Part shown: one piece after another, positions 50,888 to 64,000 of the stretch
How the letters are laid out: each line of letters opens with the position of its first letter
How positions within the stretch are numbered: the stretch's first letter is position 1
Assembly: GCA_040954595.2 (NCBI GenBank)
Contig: CM082594.2
Location: 11,226,276 to 11,290,275, forward strand
Source: Balanoglossus misakiensis
Taxonomy: Eukaryota; Animalia; Hemichordata
Reading direction: 5' to 3'
DNA length: 64,000 bases
Position numbers and translations under genes: made by a program
Notes under the pieces: model-generated
Databases searched by the model: none
The model's input: the letters and a program-made list of their open reading frames with translations, nothing else
Told to the model about the DNA's origin: nothing

Positions 50888-53800
50888 AAGTCACTGCATC
50901 GGGATTCAACGCGGGCCTCAGTGAATAAAGCATATCATCAAAGACAGTCAGACAAACCAACCAACAACCAAATCAATGCTTTTATGAGTTACTCAAAATG
51001 TTTCTTTTTCGCCATTATCCATTTTAAACACATGTACTTATTCAGTGTGAACAAAGACAGTGGGCATACTTTTGTAACTATTTTCTATCGTCACCATTTG
51101 GTGTCCATGGCTTAAAATTATAACACGCTCGCGTGAATCAGTGGTTGCGTGACCAAACAATTTTGAGACACAACTTGACAAGAAGACATGTCTTATAAAA
51201 CGTTTTGAGTTGCCTTATAAAAAATTTCCTTTGCCAACATATATATCTGTCGGGTTATGATACGTTCAGATCAGACTTTCATTTCCTAGAGCCACTTATT
51301 TTTCTCAGAGTTACTTATTTTGTGCTTTTCACATTTCAGTGCTATAACGAGACCCTATAAAGTGTTTTCCTGAAAAATAAAAACAGAGAACTCATCTTGT
51401 GATAACAGTGGCTCCTTTCCAGTGTCAGTCACCAACTAATACAAATCTGTTTGTGATACAAGCAAATTTTTTGTTCAAAAGTTTCCAGTTCAACTTAGTT
51501 TGTATGAAGCATAAAGACTTTAAGTTTGTTCTACATCCTTGAAATCCATCCACATTTTATGAACGACTGTCAGACAAATGGGCCGAATTTATATGCCTTA
51601 ATAATCTCCCAATGTATGTAAAATTTCTTGGCAATTAAGTTCAGAGAAGGGAGTTAGTATTTAGGTCTTAAGTGATGAAAGAATGAAGTAATCAAAATAA
51701 GCCGATGTGATTGGTGGGCATTTATTGATGGTGCAGGTAGTAAGCTTAGCACATATGGTACATCGATCTTTTACATATGAACAGAAATAATCTTGGGTGA
51801 TACACAGAAAGATGAAAACACAAATTACTACCGCAAATATCAAGAATATTCCCTTTTACACTTTATCATCAACTATATAAACACAAAATAAAATGCCACA
51901 GTACCGGCACTAGATTTCCCGCTTTGCAGATACAAAAATTAACCGTCCTAGATATCACTGTGTCACTACACCAGTCTTTCACGCTGCTTTATGTTCTGAA
52001 ATTATGGAAATCCAAATAAACTGAACTACACTACTTTGCACGCTCGATACTATATTACTGTATATACGATAGTCTTTGCGTAATATAGTTGTAACTATAT
52101 TTCAGTTTTATCAATATCCCGCCAAACGGAAACGGCGCATTGACGGTTTGCGTAGAATTGTTATAATTTGTCCACATACTGGTTAGATTGGTTTTCACAT
52201 GGAGTAGAACGATATTAACATCCTCATAAGCGAAAAACATAGATGAAGACTTTCGGATGTATCTTTCTGAGAGATGTATTTTAAGTATTCACCAAACTTT
52301 GACGGTTACAATAAACTGCACGTTGCATTACGAATTTTTTAACCAATCTGTCCACTGTGGTTGTTTGCTTGGTTGCTTAAGAGTACGACGTCACATATCT
52401 AGTGGCGGCCATTTAATCACGTGATCATGCATGATAATGGCTGATAGGGGCAAACACTGATTGAAAAATATACCAACAGGCTAAGACACACGGCAGATAG
52501 AGTTACATCGCTCGTGAGAATGTTTCACATAAACTTGAGCAAACATTTTAGATTTTGTGACATTTCCTTTAATCTTTGTTACAGAAATATTGAACTGTTT
52601 AGTTATTGTAAGACTTCCAAGATTCTTCAGAGATTCAATCAAATAAACGTGCCACTCTTAACAGCTGTTCGTTTTATGCCCACAAGATTTCCTGCAAGTG
52701 AATCTGCAAAATCTTGTAGCCTGCTAGTCCAATCTGCAAACAGACATAAGGTCTTCAAAGAAGGCATTTAGCTGCATTGTTCATCGCCTGGGGCTATAGA
52801 CAAACCTGCCTAATAAATGAGGTGGGCAGCCGAGCATTTTTGCAAAGGGATTATGAGATACCGTACATTGACGCCATCGATAATGACTGCATCGGTGCTA
52901 TGATTGAGTGTAAGGGTTTGGGGAAGAACATTTAAGAAAACAAACAAAATACAAAATCATTAACCCGGTTGTCAGGTGCGGTTCTCCTTGCCAACCAAAC
53001 TTTAACCATCTACATAAATTAAACCAGTACTGGTTTAGTAAAACAACAGTAAATTTATGATGCAGATTTTTATTCCAATCACAATTTATATAAAAAGTTC
53101 TGTCACAAAAGTCGTTGAAAATGTCATTAAAAAAATTCCTGCCGATGTCAAACTGGCACGGTTGACAATTATTATCATATTATAATCAAGGGCATATTGT
53201 GTCAAACATTGCAATTGTTCAATCATGTTTTCCTTAGAAAGATAAATGAAGGTACTGGGTGGCCCTGAATGAGAACTAAAGATCGACTGCTGTCCTACAA
53301 ACTCTGAACAAAATCGTCACCCCTGGCGAAAAGCGACCTTTTATGTTTCAACCAGATTAAAAGGGATTCACATGTTCTCGTACCATCGAATTAATTAAGT
53401 TCAATGATTCGCAGGAGAAAATGCTCTTAAGGATGGCGTAGCTGAATATACCATAATGAAAATAGATAGGGATATTGACTTAAATCCCCTCTTAATACAG
53501 GAAGCAAGGTTGTAAAGGAGAAGTCGTTGTGATATCGCTGCGTCATTAGGGACTGGAAAATATTGAGACTGTAGCCCGATTGGCAATGCATCAGTGTTTT
53601 CCTTGAAAAAAATGACGCACGCTAGCCATGGACAGTAATGATTATTTGCCCCCGGCTAAAGACGGCTATATTCCCTCTTCCCGTACTGACTATCGTGTCA
53701 AGCGCTTTCAAGTATATTAGATAATTGCCGAAAATATCAATGAACTACATGAAAGAAACGCTCCTCTGAAGAGACTACTGACAATATGGCGTCTTGTTGG

Positions 53801-56800
53801 ATGCAAATCTTGCGTGGAACCGGCTTTATGTCCCAAATCTGTCACGGAAGTAATCTGTATCTTGCTTATACCTATTTGACTATGCGTTTAAGCGCGTTTA
53901 GAGATCTATCCATGGACAATGTCTCACTACTATACACAGTAGATGGAACATTCATAAAACCTCTAAGCCACACCACACCGCGCCTCACCAGGACGAAATA
54001 CAACACAACACAACACAACTCAACGCATTTATATCTGGCTGTATTCATTTGGAATCATTATCATAAGAATGATTTAAATATGATTCTTAGGTATACTGAT
54101 GATTTCCTGTACTTTTTCGTAAACTCTGAGAGATATAACAGTGAAGTAAAGCACTTGGAGCTCAGTCGGCCTGTGGTTTTATAGAAACATGAATTTCGGC
54201 TTTTACGTACACATGAAGTCAAATTTCTTAACACATAATTGTATCAACATACAGGACCACATTCCATTCACGTCTGGGTTACTCCAGCTTAAAACATACA
54301 ATAATGTATTCTTTAAAGGAGGTAATCCAAGTGGCAAAGGCCTCATTCAGTCGAGTGGACTATAATGTTATTGACAAAAACAAGTAGTTTAGTGCTCTAT
54401 TTTTAGAATTAATCATAGATAGGGTAAGAATTCTCGCTCAGTAGTGGTTCAGTTTGTGCTAATTGACATTACACTGGAAAAATCTTGGATTAGCACACTT
54501 CCACACTATTCCAATTTGCACTTGACAATATATACATGCTTCAGGATGTGTGATGGTATTCAACGCCAATACGATCTTTCCCTGGGAAGTGACTCGATTT
54601 GAACACACACTTCCGACTACACATAGCCACATTTTGACAGCCATTTTGAGATTTACCATTACACATTACAGTTGCCCGACCGAGTGGCTGAAAGATATAG
54701 TTTTATCAAGCCAGGTTTTGAAAGTATGAACAGAGTAAATAAATTTCATCAAAATGTATTTGCCCAAAAAATACTGCCTCTTCCCAAATGCTTGGACACA
54801 ACATCTACTGACCCTCCCTAAACACTTGTATGAAAGATGCCGACCCTTTCTCATATCACACCAGCCCTCTTCTGTTATTTCTGTCCAGGCCCTTAGTAGG
54901 TTTTTAAATAGCGCCACTCTCTGCCGACTACATTAGGCAATGAATATAAATTTGCACTGTCAGTTTGCATTAGCAAAGTTGTTGATTTAAATTTGTCGAA
55001 TGGGGCATCATTTAACAATTGCGTGTCGCTATCCATACGTTATACAGGCATAGTAGTGTTTTACCAGTATTCGACAGATTTTTATCTAATGTGGGTTTAC
55101 TTGTCCAAATTAGAGGGGACACTTAAACTTAACATTCTGTCGTTACTCTTGCAACAGATTATTTGAAAGTGCAAAATGAGCTATGAACGATCACGACTTC
55201 CTCTCTGTATCGACAAGTAGGAAAGCTGTTTTGTTTCTACCGTTTGAATTTCATGGTACCCTAGAATTTAAAGACAGAGAATTTCATCGATACACTTGTC
55301 AGGTGGGCCTATAGTCAAGTCACGTGGCTCAGTCGATGAAATGCCACGAGTTAAGACTGATGGTTAGCTTTGGTGAAAGACCATTTCATTATTCTGGTCA
55401 AGCTCAGAATAAACTCTGCACTAAACTCCACCACTACCGATACTTCAGACCTCTCCCAAAATGTATTTGTCTAATCAGTGATTTGTCACCCATTCTCTCA
55501 TTCAGTGTTTCCTCCCAGACCACCCCTAAGAGCTCACTGACATTTTGCGCATGATTGTAAATTTCCACGCCAGTTTACATGCTTCGCGACTACTTGTCAT
55601 TGGTTAGGCTGTAACATCGTGATGCTGAACACCTGATGACACTCCTTCAAAACTGTCGCCCCGGCTTTTCATCATCACCATCTGGCAAGATTTTTTCAAG
55701 TGCCACTCAACGCGAATTGTTCGAGTACCACAAAGAACAGAATCGCCAACGTCATTCTCACGTTGCCTTGCATGTGCACGAATTATCCATCAAGTGTTTT
55801 TCTCTGGAAGAAAAATTGACCATCAAATAACAATGGGGCAATGGACATTGCCAAAGAGTAACAGTGATTGCCGACAGATATATACATGGTAAAATAATAT
55901 GCAAAATGTTAACATCATTCTTTTGAGCACACTATGGAGTGTTCAGTCCCTCAATCAAATGGCAGAGTTGTAAAGAGTACGTGTTCCAAGCCTTGTTACA
56001 TGGTTTTGGCACATTAATCCCGTTTGGTCATTTGTCCGGTCGCCTGTAGCTTTTGGTGAAAATCAGATGTTCCGTTTCATAGTGAATAAAACTGTACTAT
56101 AAGGAGAACTTCCTATACGATACTTAACTGTATTAAATTCCCCATCTTCAAAATATTGCAAAAATAATGACATGTGTTGGACCCCAGGTGTAGAATTTAA
56201 ATCCGTCTCCCGATATAATATGAGAAAGAAACCGCGATAAGGTAATATGAACAGTTCTCAAGAATATTAAGAATAAAACTCAGCAACTGTGCACAAATCT
56301 TATCCAATTTATATCTGTTTACATTAGGGTTCGATAATCTGACATTTCCATGTTCATATACAGTCAAAGCATTCTTAAGGAGAAGATGTACAATGGCATT
56401 AACAAATCCTGCTTCACAGCCGTAGAAAAAACCCACAATAACATGCACGTACGCCGAAATCATTTTTACGACAACATACACGGTAGACCAGGGTGTTCAT
56501 GTGAGAGGTTGATGGTGAACACTTAGTAAGCAGCACTACAATCAGAATGTATTGATGTTGTTCATTCAAGCTATTTTGTATGGCATAGCAATCATCAAGC
56601 TTGTAACATATATAACATGTATGATATGTAGTTTAAATTTGAAAAGGTACAACTGATTTTGTGATAGTTGACACTAGGTGGCAGTATGGCAAAATAGGAA
56701 GCATCCTTCTGCAGAAATTTGCCTTTTGTACCCAGGTTCAGAATTTGCAAAGATGCTAGCGCCCTCTCTCACCTCTAAGAATGCCAGAATTGCAAAGAAA

Positions 56801-59800
56801 ATATAAGGTTGCATTGTACCGTATATTATACGGCTACACTGTCTATCTGATAATGTGTTGGGACATTTACAATCGAACTTTCACGTATTAATTTTGCCAA
56901 TATTTTAGATTCAAACATTGTTGTGCCTGGATTTAACAGTCAAGCATACATCACCATTTTATTTCATTGCATTCAGAATATACCCCATTTTAAACACCAG
57001 CCAATAATTGCGGAGGCATTGAAGGTAGAGCCAATTTTATTCGGTCTCTATATAGTACACTAGATTCTCAAAGACATGCAGTTTAAAAATGTGGAGGTAC
57101 AGGGTAATTTTTTTTCTCAAGGCAAAATGTAAATTATGGTCTTTTTACTTATTAAGGTTGAACAAACCTCATCACATGCTCTGAAGGCATTAGGCTCGAC
57201 ATTCGTTTGGAGTTCCATTGACGCAGAATATGCACAGCGTGTCTTCAAGCGACGGGATTTGCTGTATATTCTAGAATGTGGTCAAAGATGCTGAACGGAT
57301 ATGACACCCTTTCCAATTGTGTTGCACTTACGCATGTATCTTTCTCTAACATTTCGGAGTTAACTCGACGAAAATTTCACTTTAGGCATCTCGGAAGGTA
57401 TATATTCGACAGAGCAAGTATCCATACGCGGTCAATTTTAAACAGCAACACCAGAGGGCGTAATCAACATCAGTTCAGTTCCCTTTTCATGCTTGGCTGT
57501 GAATTAAAAAAAAACGCTCAGGAAATACAGTTTGACGTACGCTTCAACTCAAGTTTAAACGCCGTGGCAGAATCAACAAAATTCTAAAAGAGAAATAGCA
57601 CTCAGATAAATGCACCTAATCTGAGTCGCGATTTAAAATATCAAATTGCAGCGCCCCAAACCTTTCAATAAAACGTTTACCATCATATTATACGCTGGAC
57701 GCTGACTACAGAGGCAACATCTCCATGTATTTCAATGATCGTTTAGGAGAAACTGCCAGCAGAGAGATCAAATTTTGAGCAATAACTCCTATAACATGAC
57801 TGCAATTGTGTCGCTTACAAACTAATAACTGTAATAGCAGACTTTATTTATTTCCAGCAGGGATCTTAATTCGTCTCAATAGCAAACGTTACTCACCAGG
57901 TATTGCTTTCTAGCACGCATGCTGTGTTATTAATGGGATTGAAGCAGCTCTATAGCAGCAAGTCAAGTTGGACATCTTTTTCAATTTATTCACCTCTCAT
58001 CAATATTTTGCAATTAAAAAATAGCGTGTTGCCGTTTAACTGCTGTTGTATGTCTATCCTATGCTGAGACATGGTCAGCGTTTTTAAGAAGGTAAAATTA
58101 TCATAAATATAGCTAGAACAGAAAAGTCTATATTTTTTCTGGAAATAGATTCACAGAGTGCATCGTAGATAAAGTGTAAATTCTGCCTTTATCACAATTC
58201 CACAGAGATCAGACAAAGAAGTCTGCTTTCATGGTTTTCAAGATAATACGATAGGTGGAATGAGGGAACATATGGGCTGATACATTAATAGCAACCAAGT
58301 TGTATGCTAAGCTCTTTATGCAGACTGTATTTATTTGAGAAAAGCTTCCAACCATAATCAGATCAGATTAGAATATGGCCAAAATACTTGATAATGGGAC
58401 GATTCTGTTCTAAACGTATTTGACATGCATTAACATTTGAAACCGGTGCAACGTAGAAAATGGGTACTATAGGCATGTGATAGAGAAAAAGAACTAAACA
58501 CACTTTTTGATTGTTAGTCCATGGGAGGCGCTTGCTTTCATCACATGAGTCTATTTTCCATCTATCTTCGCTGTCAGATCGTAGTGCAAATATTTTGGAG
58601 CGACAAACATGTGCAAGTAAAAAGCAAGAGTCCACAATATTCAATTTCCTACCACCACCTGACTTCATGAGTGAATTTCATGTACGCGATATGCACAAAG
58701 TATGCGGCGATTTGCTAGCCCATCTTTATACTCCCTTGCGATGCAGAAACCAGTCACTTTCTAAACACCAACTCCCGCTTTCACCACATATCTGCAGCAG
58801 CCGCATCGCCCTGACCTTCTCTGGAATTACACATATTGTAATGACATGTGCCTTTCGTTTAAAGCTACTTGAAATGTAAACTGACTTGTAATTTGCCTAA
58901 AATGTTCTGAAACCATTACCAGGTAATGACACCATTAGCACCGTATTAGACTCTACGCATGGCTGATCTTATGGTGATACACCTTCATTCGCTGAGATAA
59001 AAGAATGCAAACATTCATAAGAGTTTTTCTTCTGTTAATCTTTTCCTTGCGGTGTCTTTCTGATGAATTTCTCTCAGAACTTAGATTCCTGTGTTAGCGC
59101 CGCTTCTCCACTAGATTTAAATGTCATCGCGCGCAGATATTTTCTGATCTGCAAAGTTGAGTACGGCACCAACTCTCAACATTCAAATGATGCGACTCTA
59201 TGAAAAACAGTCGCAAGTAAAAAAAAACCCTGAAAGTATACAAAATGTATCGAGTTCCCACAAGGTGCGTTTTGTGACTAATATACTTTAATTTACTGGG
59301 GCGAGCACTACCCATTTATGTTCAGACAGACCCACCATTAGCAATTGCCTTGAAGTGCTGGCGGCCATCTTCCTTCCTTTTTCTATACGGCATCTGTAAT
59401 TATTTTTAATGTTTCTATCGAGTCAACCGTTGCTTCGAATTCGAAACCAGAATGGTCAATGAAAAGATAGATGGTTTTATCAGCTACGATATTTAAACTC
59501 AGGAGTAAATACTCTCTATCTGTCTGTCTGCCATTGTTTTTAGTCATGGTAATTAACTTAAGTTTAATTCTGCGAAAACCCAGTGTTTGTCCATTTTTTA
59601 AAGATGTTATGGATATTCACGAATAGCGTGGGACATTTCTGCAATTCAACAAATGGAGACACAATTCAATGTTTAGATGCGGCAACACTTCACTGAAAAT
59701 TATGTAGCCTCCTTGCTTGGCAAGTTTCTAATATTCGAAAGAGGATGACACATAGGCGTCATAAACGTCTCTATTTCAATCAAAGTTTGGGATACTTTGG

Positions 59801-59976
59801 CATTTTTAAAAAGTACTTTAGTACAGTACTTGTTTTCAGATTACTTTCATACTGATATATTTGAAACATACAACCCTGGTTAACAGACATTGACGCAATA
59901 AAAATCCCTGAAAACTCATTTTCTTTGTCAGAGAACAACATTCCTGTTCGATGTAGTATTCCGACTATTGTCAAGA

Positions 59977-61248
59977 TAATTGGGGGCACAAGCGCCCTCA
60001 GGCGGCTTGTGCCCCCATTGTTATTGTTGGAATTTTTCTTTATTATTATTATTCTTCTTCTTCTTCCGAGAAAATCGGCCAGGTAGATCTGGGAAACCGC
60101 TGCACCTAGGGGGCTGAAACTTGGTAGGGTGGTAGGGGCCAATGAGTAGACGTGCAGTGGCTCGTGAATATTTAATTAGTCACGTGACCTGGCGGCCATA
60201 TTGGATTTCCTGAAAATCGTTAAACGAGTCCTTCTCAAAAGCTGCTGGGCCGATCGAGTTCAAATTTGGTGTGCAGGTAGCCTACCTTCTGTCCATCATT
60301 TTACCCCTTGAAATCATGACGTCACACATAAAGTTTTTTTGCTACAATTGTTTTTCTGAAAAACTACTTAAAACTTTAAAAATCTTCTTCTCCAGAACCA
60401 GCGGTTACCGAGTCTCGGGATTTGGGATATGTGGTCACCTAACCTATGTCTATCAAGTTTGCGAAGCGCACTGTGATTGGTCGATCATTATGGCGGCCAT
60501 GTTGGATATTCGGAAAACCATTGAAAAGTGATAATTCTGTTTTGTAGCCAAAATGTTGACAGCATGGAAATTCTTTTTTTGGATATGAGTCATCATATGA
60601 CCGGAAGTTGTCACAATTTTTCGGGGCAATTTTCACATGACCTTTGACCCATTTTAAACAACTAATTATATATGCATAATCCCCATACCTCCTCTTGTCA
60701 AAGCACCACAGTCATGAATTTTGTGGACATGGATACCAATGCTGCCAGGACATGACACAAATATTTTGGTATTTTTGACAATGACCTTTGACCTATTTCT
60801 GAAACATAATTTTTCTGCATATCTAATTCCATGCTACCCAATAGGGCTAGAGGTCTGGTATTGGTTGGACATGGCCCACTCTGGGGTCAAAATTTTATGC
60901 CCTAATTTTGGGTGACCTTGGGTGACCTTTGATCTACTTTCCCATATCTCAGCATCCAGAGCAGTTAGAGCCCTGGCTTTTATGGGGATCGAGCACATAA
61001 TGGAGTCCTACACAAAACCTCATTAATTATGTGCATACCTAATTGCAGGCGAACCAATAGGGCTAGGGGTCTGGTTTTTTGTTGGATCTAGACTAGTATG
61101 GGGTCCAAATTTTTTGACCAATTTTGGGGTGACCTCAGGTGACCTACTTTCCCATAACTTGGTATCCCCAGCAGATACAGCCTTGGCATTTGCTGGTCAC
61201 CATGGGAACCGCTTGTGCCCCGCCAACGCTGCTTGCAGCTTTAATTTT
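59977..61248 (+). mobile_element. Non-autonomous Helentron-associated (HINE/DINE-1-like) element
   Basis: 5' sub-terminal GGGGGCACAAGC (59982-59993) with an adjacent inverted copy GCTTGTGCCCCC (60005-60016); (TTA)n(TTC)n microsatellite; internal duplicated blocks (ccaatagggctag.ggtctggt at about 60838 and 61054); 3' sub-terminal CGCTTGTGCCCC (61210-61221); 3' hairpin GCTGC-TT-GCAGC (61228-61239); T-rich end. Confidence 0.8.
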
Positions 61249-63383
61249 AACAATTATTTCTGTGGACCATGATATAAATTCTTCATTTTACAAGTACGTA
61301 TATCTCATTAAATGAAAATAAATAAATACATAATTTGAGCTTTTAATTTAAATAATAAAATTTCAAAGATTCATTATTGTGACAGCCATGTTCTGTTTCG
61401 GTCAATATGAATCAGAAATTTAATGATACCGCTTATGTCGACCTTTATTCCACAAAACAAACGGAAACTATTCATTCGCGCAATTTAAAGACGTCATAAT
61501 ATGTGCCTACGTGTAACGTGCTTGACATATGGGTGGAAATAATCGTAACCTAATAAAAGTGAAGTTGACACTACAAATGAGAATGTTATAAGTTCAATAA
61601 ATTATCCAACAGCTTCTGATCCTTTGATGTTCTGGACAAACATGGAAAGTGGAAAGCTATCCACAACCTAAATGTACGCCAAACCTTCACATCCAAGTCA
61701 CAGCATGGCCCAAGAATAAGAAATAGCCGACGTTAAATTGGGCCATGCCTGCTTTTAAGGATTAAGAAATCTGGCTCCATAGAGATAATGTAGCGGTACA
61801 TATTCTTAAGAATTTAAAGTGGATATTGAACAATGGGGAAACGGTTCGCAAAACTGTTTCATGTACGAACTGATTCATTGTGTAAGGCTGATGCCGATGC
61901 CATGATCATACACAAGTTACTCGCAGATCAAATTTTGTATCTTATTTTTCTTCAGGGAAAAAACAATGTGATGTACCGATTGTGTTTTTGACTTCACGAA
62001 GATATCCAACCAGGCAAGCACAGTGTCATTTCACTCCGAGACAAAACCTGTTCGGATGAGTGTCTGTACGTGTTTCTTTCTGTTCTGCCAGCACTCTTTT
62101 TAATTATTCGCTGAGATAACACCCAAGGCGAGAATTGAACAAAGTTCTTCACTCAGCTTAAAATATCTTTGCTTCGGCATAGCAGTGCTACTCCATACCT
62201 CGAACTTTCCCCCTGGAGAGCGTTGTAATAACGTGGAATGTGTTCGCTAAGCTGAACACTCCAGTGATTTTACGCTTGAAATGCTCTCCAAAAAATGCTG
62301 GGCCCTTGTCTCATCCTGCCGCAGTTTCCTATTCTGGAAATTTCTGGAGGGAACTGTTGGTTGCACATGTTTCGTCGGGTTTCTATTAGGCCATTCAATT
62401 CGTATTTGTTGTATAACGTTTTCTACTAGACTACAAATACAATGCTACTAAACATATTTAACTTTATTTAAGACTTGCATGTATTATATAAATGGCTTCG
62501 GAACATCCTGTTTGGCGTAACTGTAGAACGGGAAAGGTCTTCACAATGTGTTGTTTTAATTGGTAAAAATAAAGTTTTGTCTCGCATGAATCTCATAGCA
62601 TTGAGGGATGTCAGTCCATACATACATACGTCAAAATAGCATGTCTAGCCAGATATGAATTCTATAAGTATACAAGTACATTAATATGTATGATTTACAC
62701 CAGAGAAAACAAAAAGTGAAAAAATTAAAGTTGCAATGAAGTGGGTACTTCCCACTTAATACAGATTGTTCATTTTGTTTGAACGCTCAAAGACATTGGC
62801 ATCTACAGACAATGGTTTTCATGAAATACTTTTCATAGTGCATTTAGCATTAAACAAAATATGGGAAATTCAACATCCACAAGTTCCCACGCATACATTT
62901 CCTGCGGCGATATAGCAACGCAAACAAAGTATTTAGAACTGCATCTATCTTTCTCTGATGACCAAGTCAAACCACACCCTATAAGACACATTCACCTTCA
63001 CGCCAGACTCCAGCCCCACTGTTCCACCCAATGGCTATTACCTTTGACATTTAAATTAATCTCAGGAATAATCTTATGAACAGCAATCGTGGATGCCGAA
63101 TGACGTGCGCTGGAAATCGAGATAATTTTCAATCGGAAGAACTCATTCATCACAATCTTTGAAAGTAGAGACAGGGAACCAGCAAATGAAATTGGGCTGG
63201 CGTAATGATTTAAACGCCACGATTGTTCTCACGCAAATGAATCAACCTAGAGCCTGCAAACTTGTTTTCTTTGAATTACCCCCCTTTTCTTCCTTTTGCA
63301 TTTAGCTGACTAATTTTCCTCCTACACGATCCATAAATTTCAATTTCTGCCAAAGTTACGGTAGCTCTTTTAGCCAAGTATCG

Positions 63384-63432
63384 TTGTCCATGGAAACGGA
63401 ATAACAAATGAGCACCACAAGTCCATATAAAA
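63384..63432 (+). promoter_or_regulatory. Putative promoter of gene D (X-box-like site and TATA)
   Basis: GTTGTCCATGGAAAC about 30 bp upstream of TATAAAA at 63426-63432. Confidence 0.5.
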
Positions 63433-63516
63433 CCCGGTACAGTTTCCCAACACCAGTCTTTTACAAGCAAGTCTGTCGAAGATACTGTTACGCACTATCG
63501 GCAAGTTTCCGGCATA

Positions 63517-63532
63517 ATGCAGAAGTTATCAG
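63517..63532 (+). CDS. Gene D putative first coding exon (MQKLS plus 1 nt); the rest probably lies beyond the window
   Basis: First ATG after the TATA box (CATAATGC); strong donor CAG|GTAAGA at 63533; phase 1, as in gene C exon 1. Confidence 0.45.
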
Positions 63533-64000
63533 GTAAGAAACATGCCATGTATTCTTTACTTTTTAAACTACCTCTTTTTGTTAATCCAGTATGGAGTATT
63601 CTGTAACGCACAAAGCATTCAGAAAATCAAGACCTTTGCATCAAAAATCATGGCTTAAACACTAATGATTAGTTTTACTGTGGATAATAAAGCACAGCAT
63701 AATCTGACATATAATCATAATCTCTCAAGGTGTATTGATATGTCTGAAACTTGGCGTAATATATCGTGCAGACTGTGAAACTATCTGTCGCCATGACTAA
63801 AGTTCTGCACTTGCCATGTTTACGGAAATACAGAGGACTGCATATATAGTTGTGCGTCGGAAAGATAGAAAAATTCAGATTTCTAGCTTATGTGATCTTG
63901 CATTTTGTCGCAACTTACAGAAAAAAAATGTAAAGGGGCGGGGGGAGAACGCTTGCAGCGAAAAAATTCAATGGTCTGTGCTGCCTGATGTCTGAGACAT

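Noticed and set aside
53020-53037. Isolated short palindromes and hairpins (also about 10804-10826, 23212-23228 and 36836-36849)
   Set aside because: Each is 14-23 bp, unrelated to the others, with no context suggesting function; no tRNA, rRNA or other structured RNA was recognised in the window.
53786-54184. 132-aa plus-strand ORF
   Set aside because: Runs through a low-complexity (CAACA)n tract, has no domain, and its ATG is part of a YY1-like AATATGGCG motif.
57893-57922. Possible minus-strand first exon MRARKQYL|GTGAGT
   Set aside because: No downstream in-frame exon or promoter could be identified.
59780-60915. Several ORFs overlapping the 60-61 kb region
   Set aside because: They lie in or across the non-autonomous HINE element and show no Rep or helicase motifs.
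63276-63470. Minus-strand ORF with CWETVPGFIWTC (somatostatin-like loop) and TLAEIEIYG (fucolectin-like)
   Set aside because: No signal peptide or flanking dibasic site; it overlaps the better-supported plus-strand TATA promoter.

Overview
AT-rich, intron-rich animal genomic DNA with GT-AG introns, microsatellites and non-autonomous transposons. There are no prokaryotic features. My guess at the source, unverified, is a marine invertebrate deuterostome, possibly an ambulacrarian. Most entries in the ORF track are noise. Manual splicing gives three small + strand genes, each encoding a signal peptide and one short peptide followed by Gly plus basic residues (an amidation signal). Gene A (CDS 2660-3335, 3 coding exons, 94 aa) yields GPDHAKTYYHFGV-amide, with an allatostatin-A-like YxFG[L/V]amide end. 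Gene B (CDS 31850-32122, 90 aa) yields (TAAR)SGKLHSYQNSGFSMF-amide, which looks SALMFamide/kisspeptin-like. Gene C (CDS 45103-50887, 3 exons, 117 aa) encodes FLYRNQVIRL-G-KK followed by two canonical EF-hands. A fourth TATA plus short phase-1 first exon starts at about 63.4 kb and probably runs off the window. The best candidate for a novel system is this co-oriented cluster of amidated-peptide precursors. Also present: a Helentron/HINE-like element (about 59977-61248), two TTAA-flanked MITEs and several tandem repeats. Family assignments rest on short motifs recalled from memory and need database confirmation.
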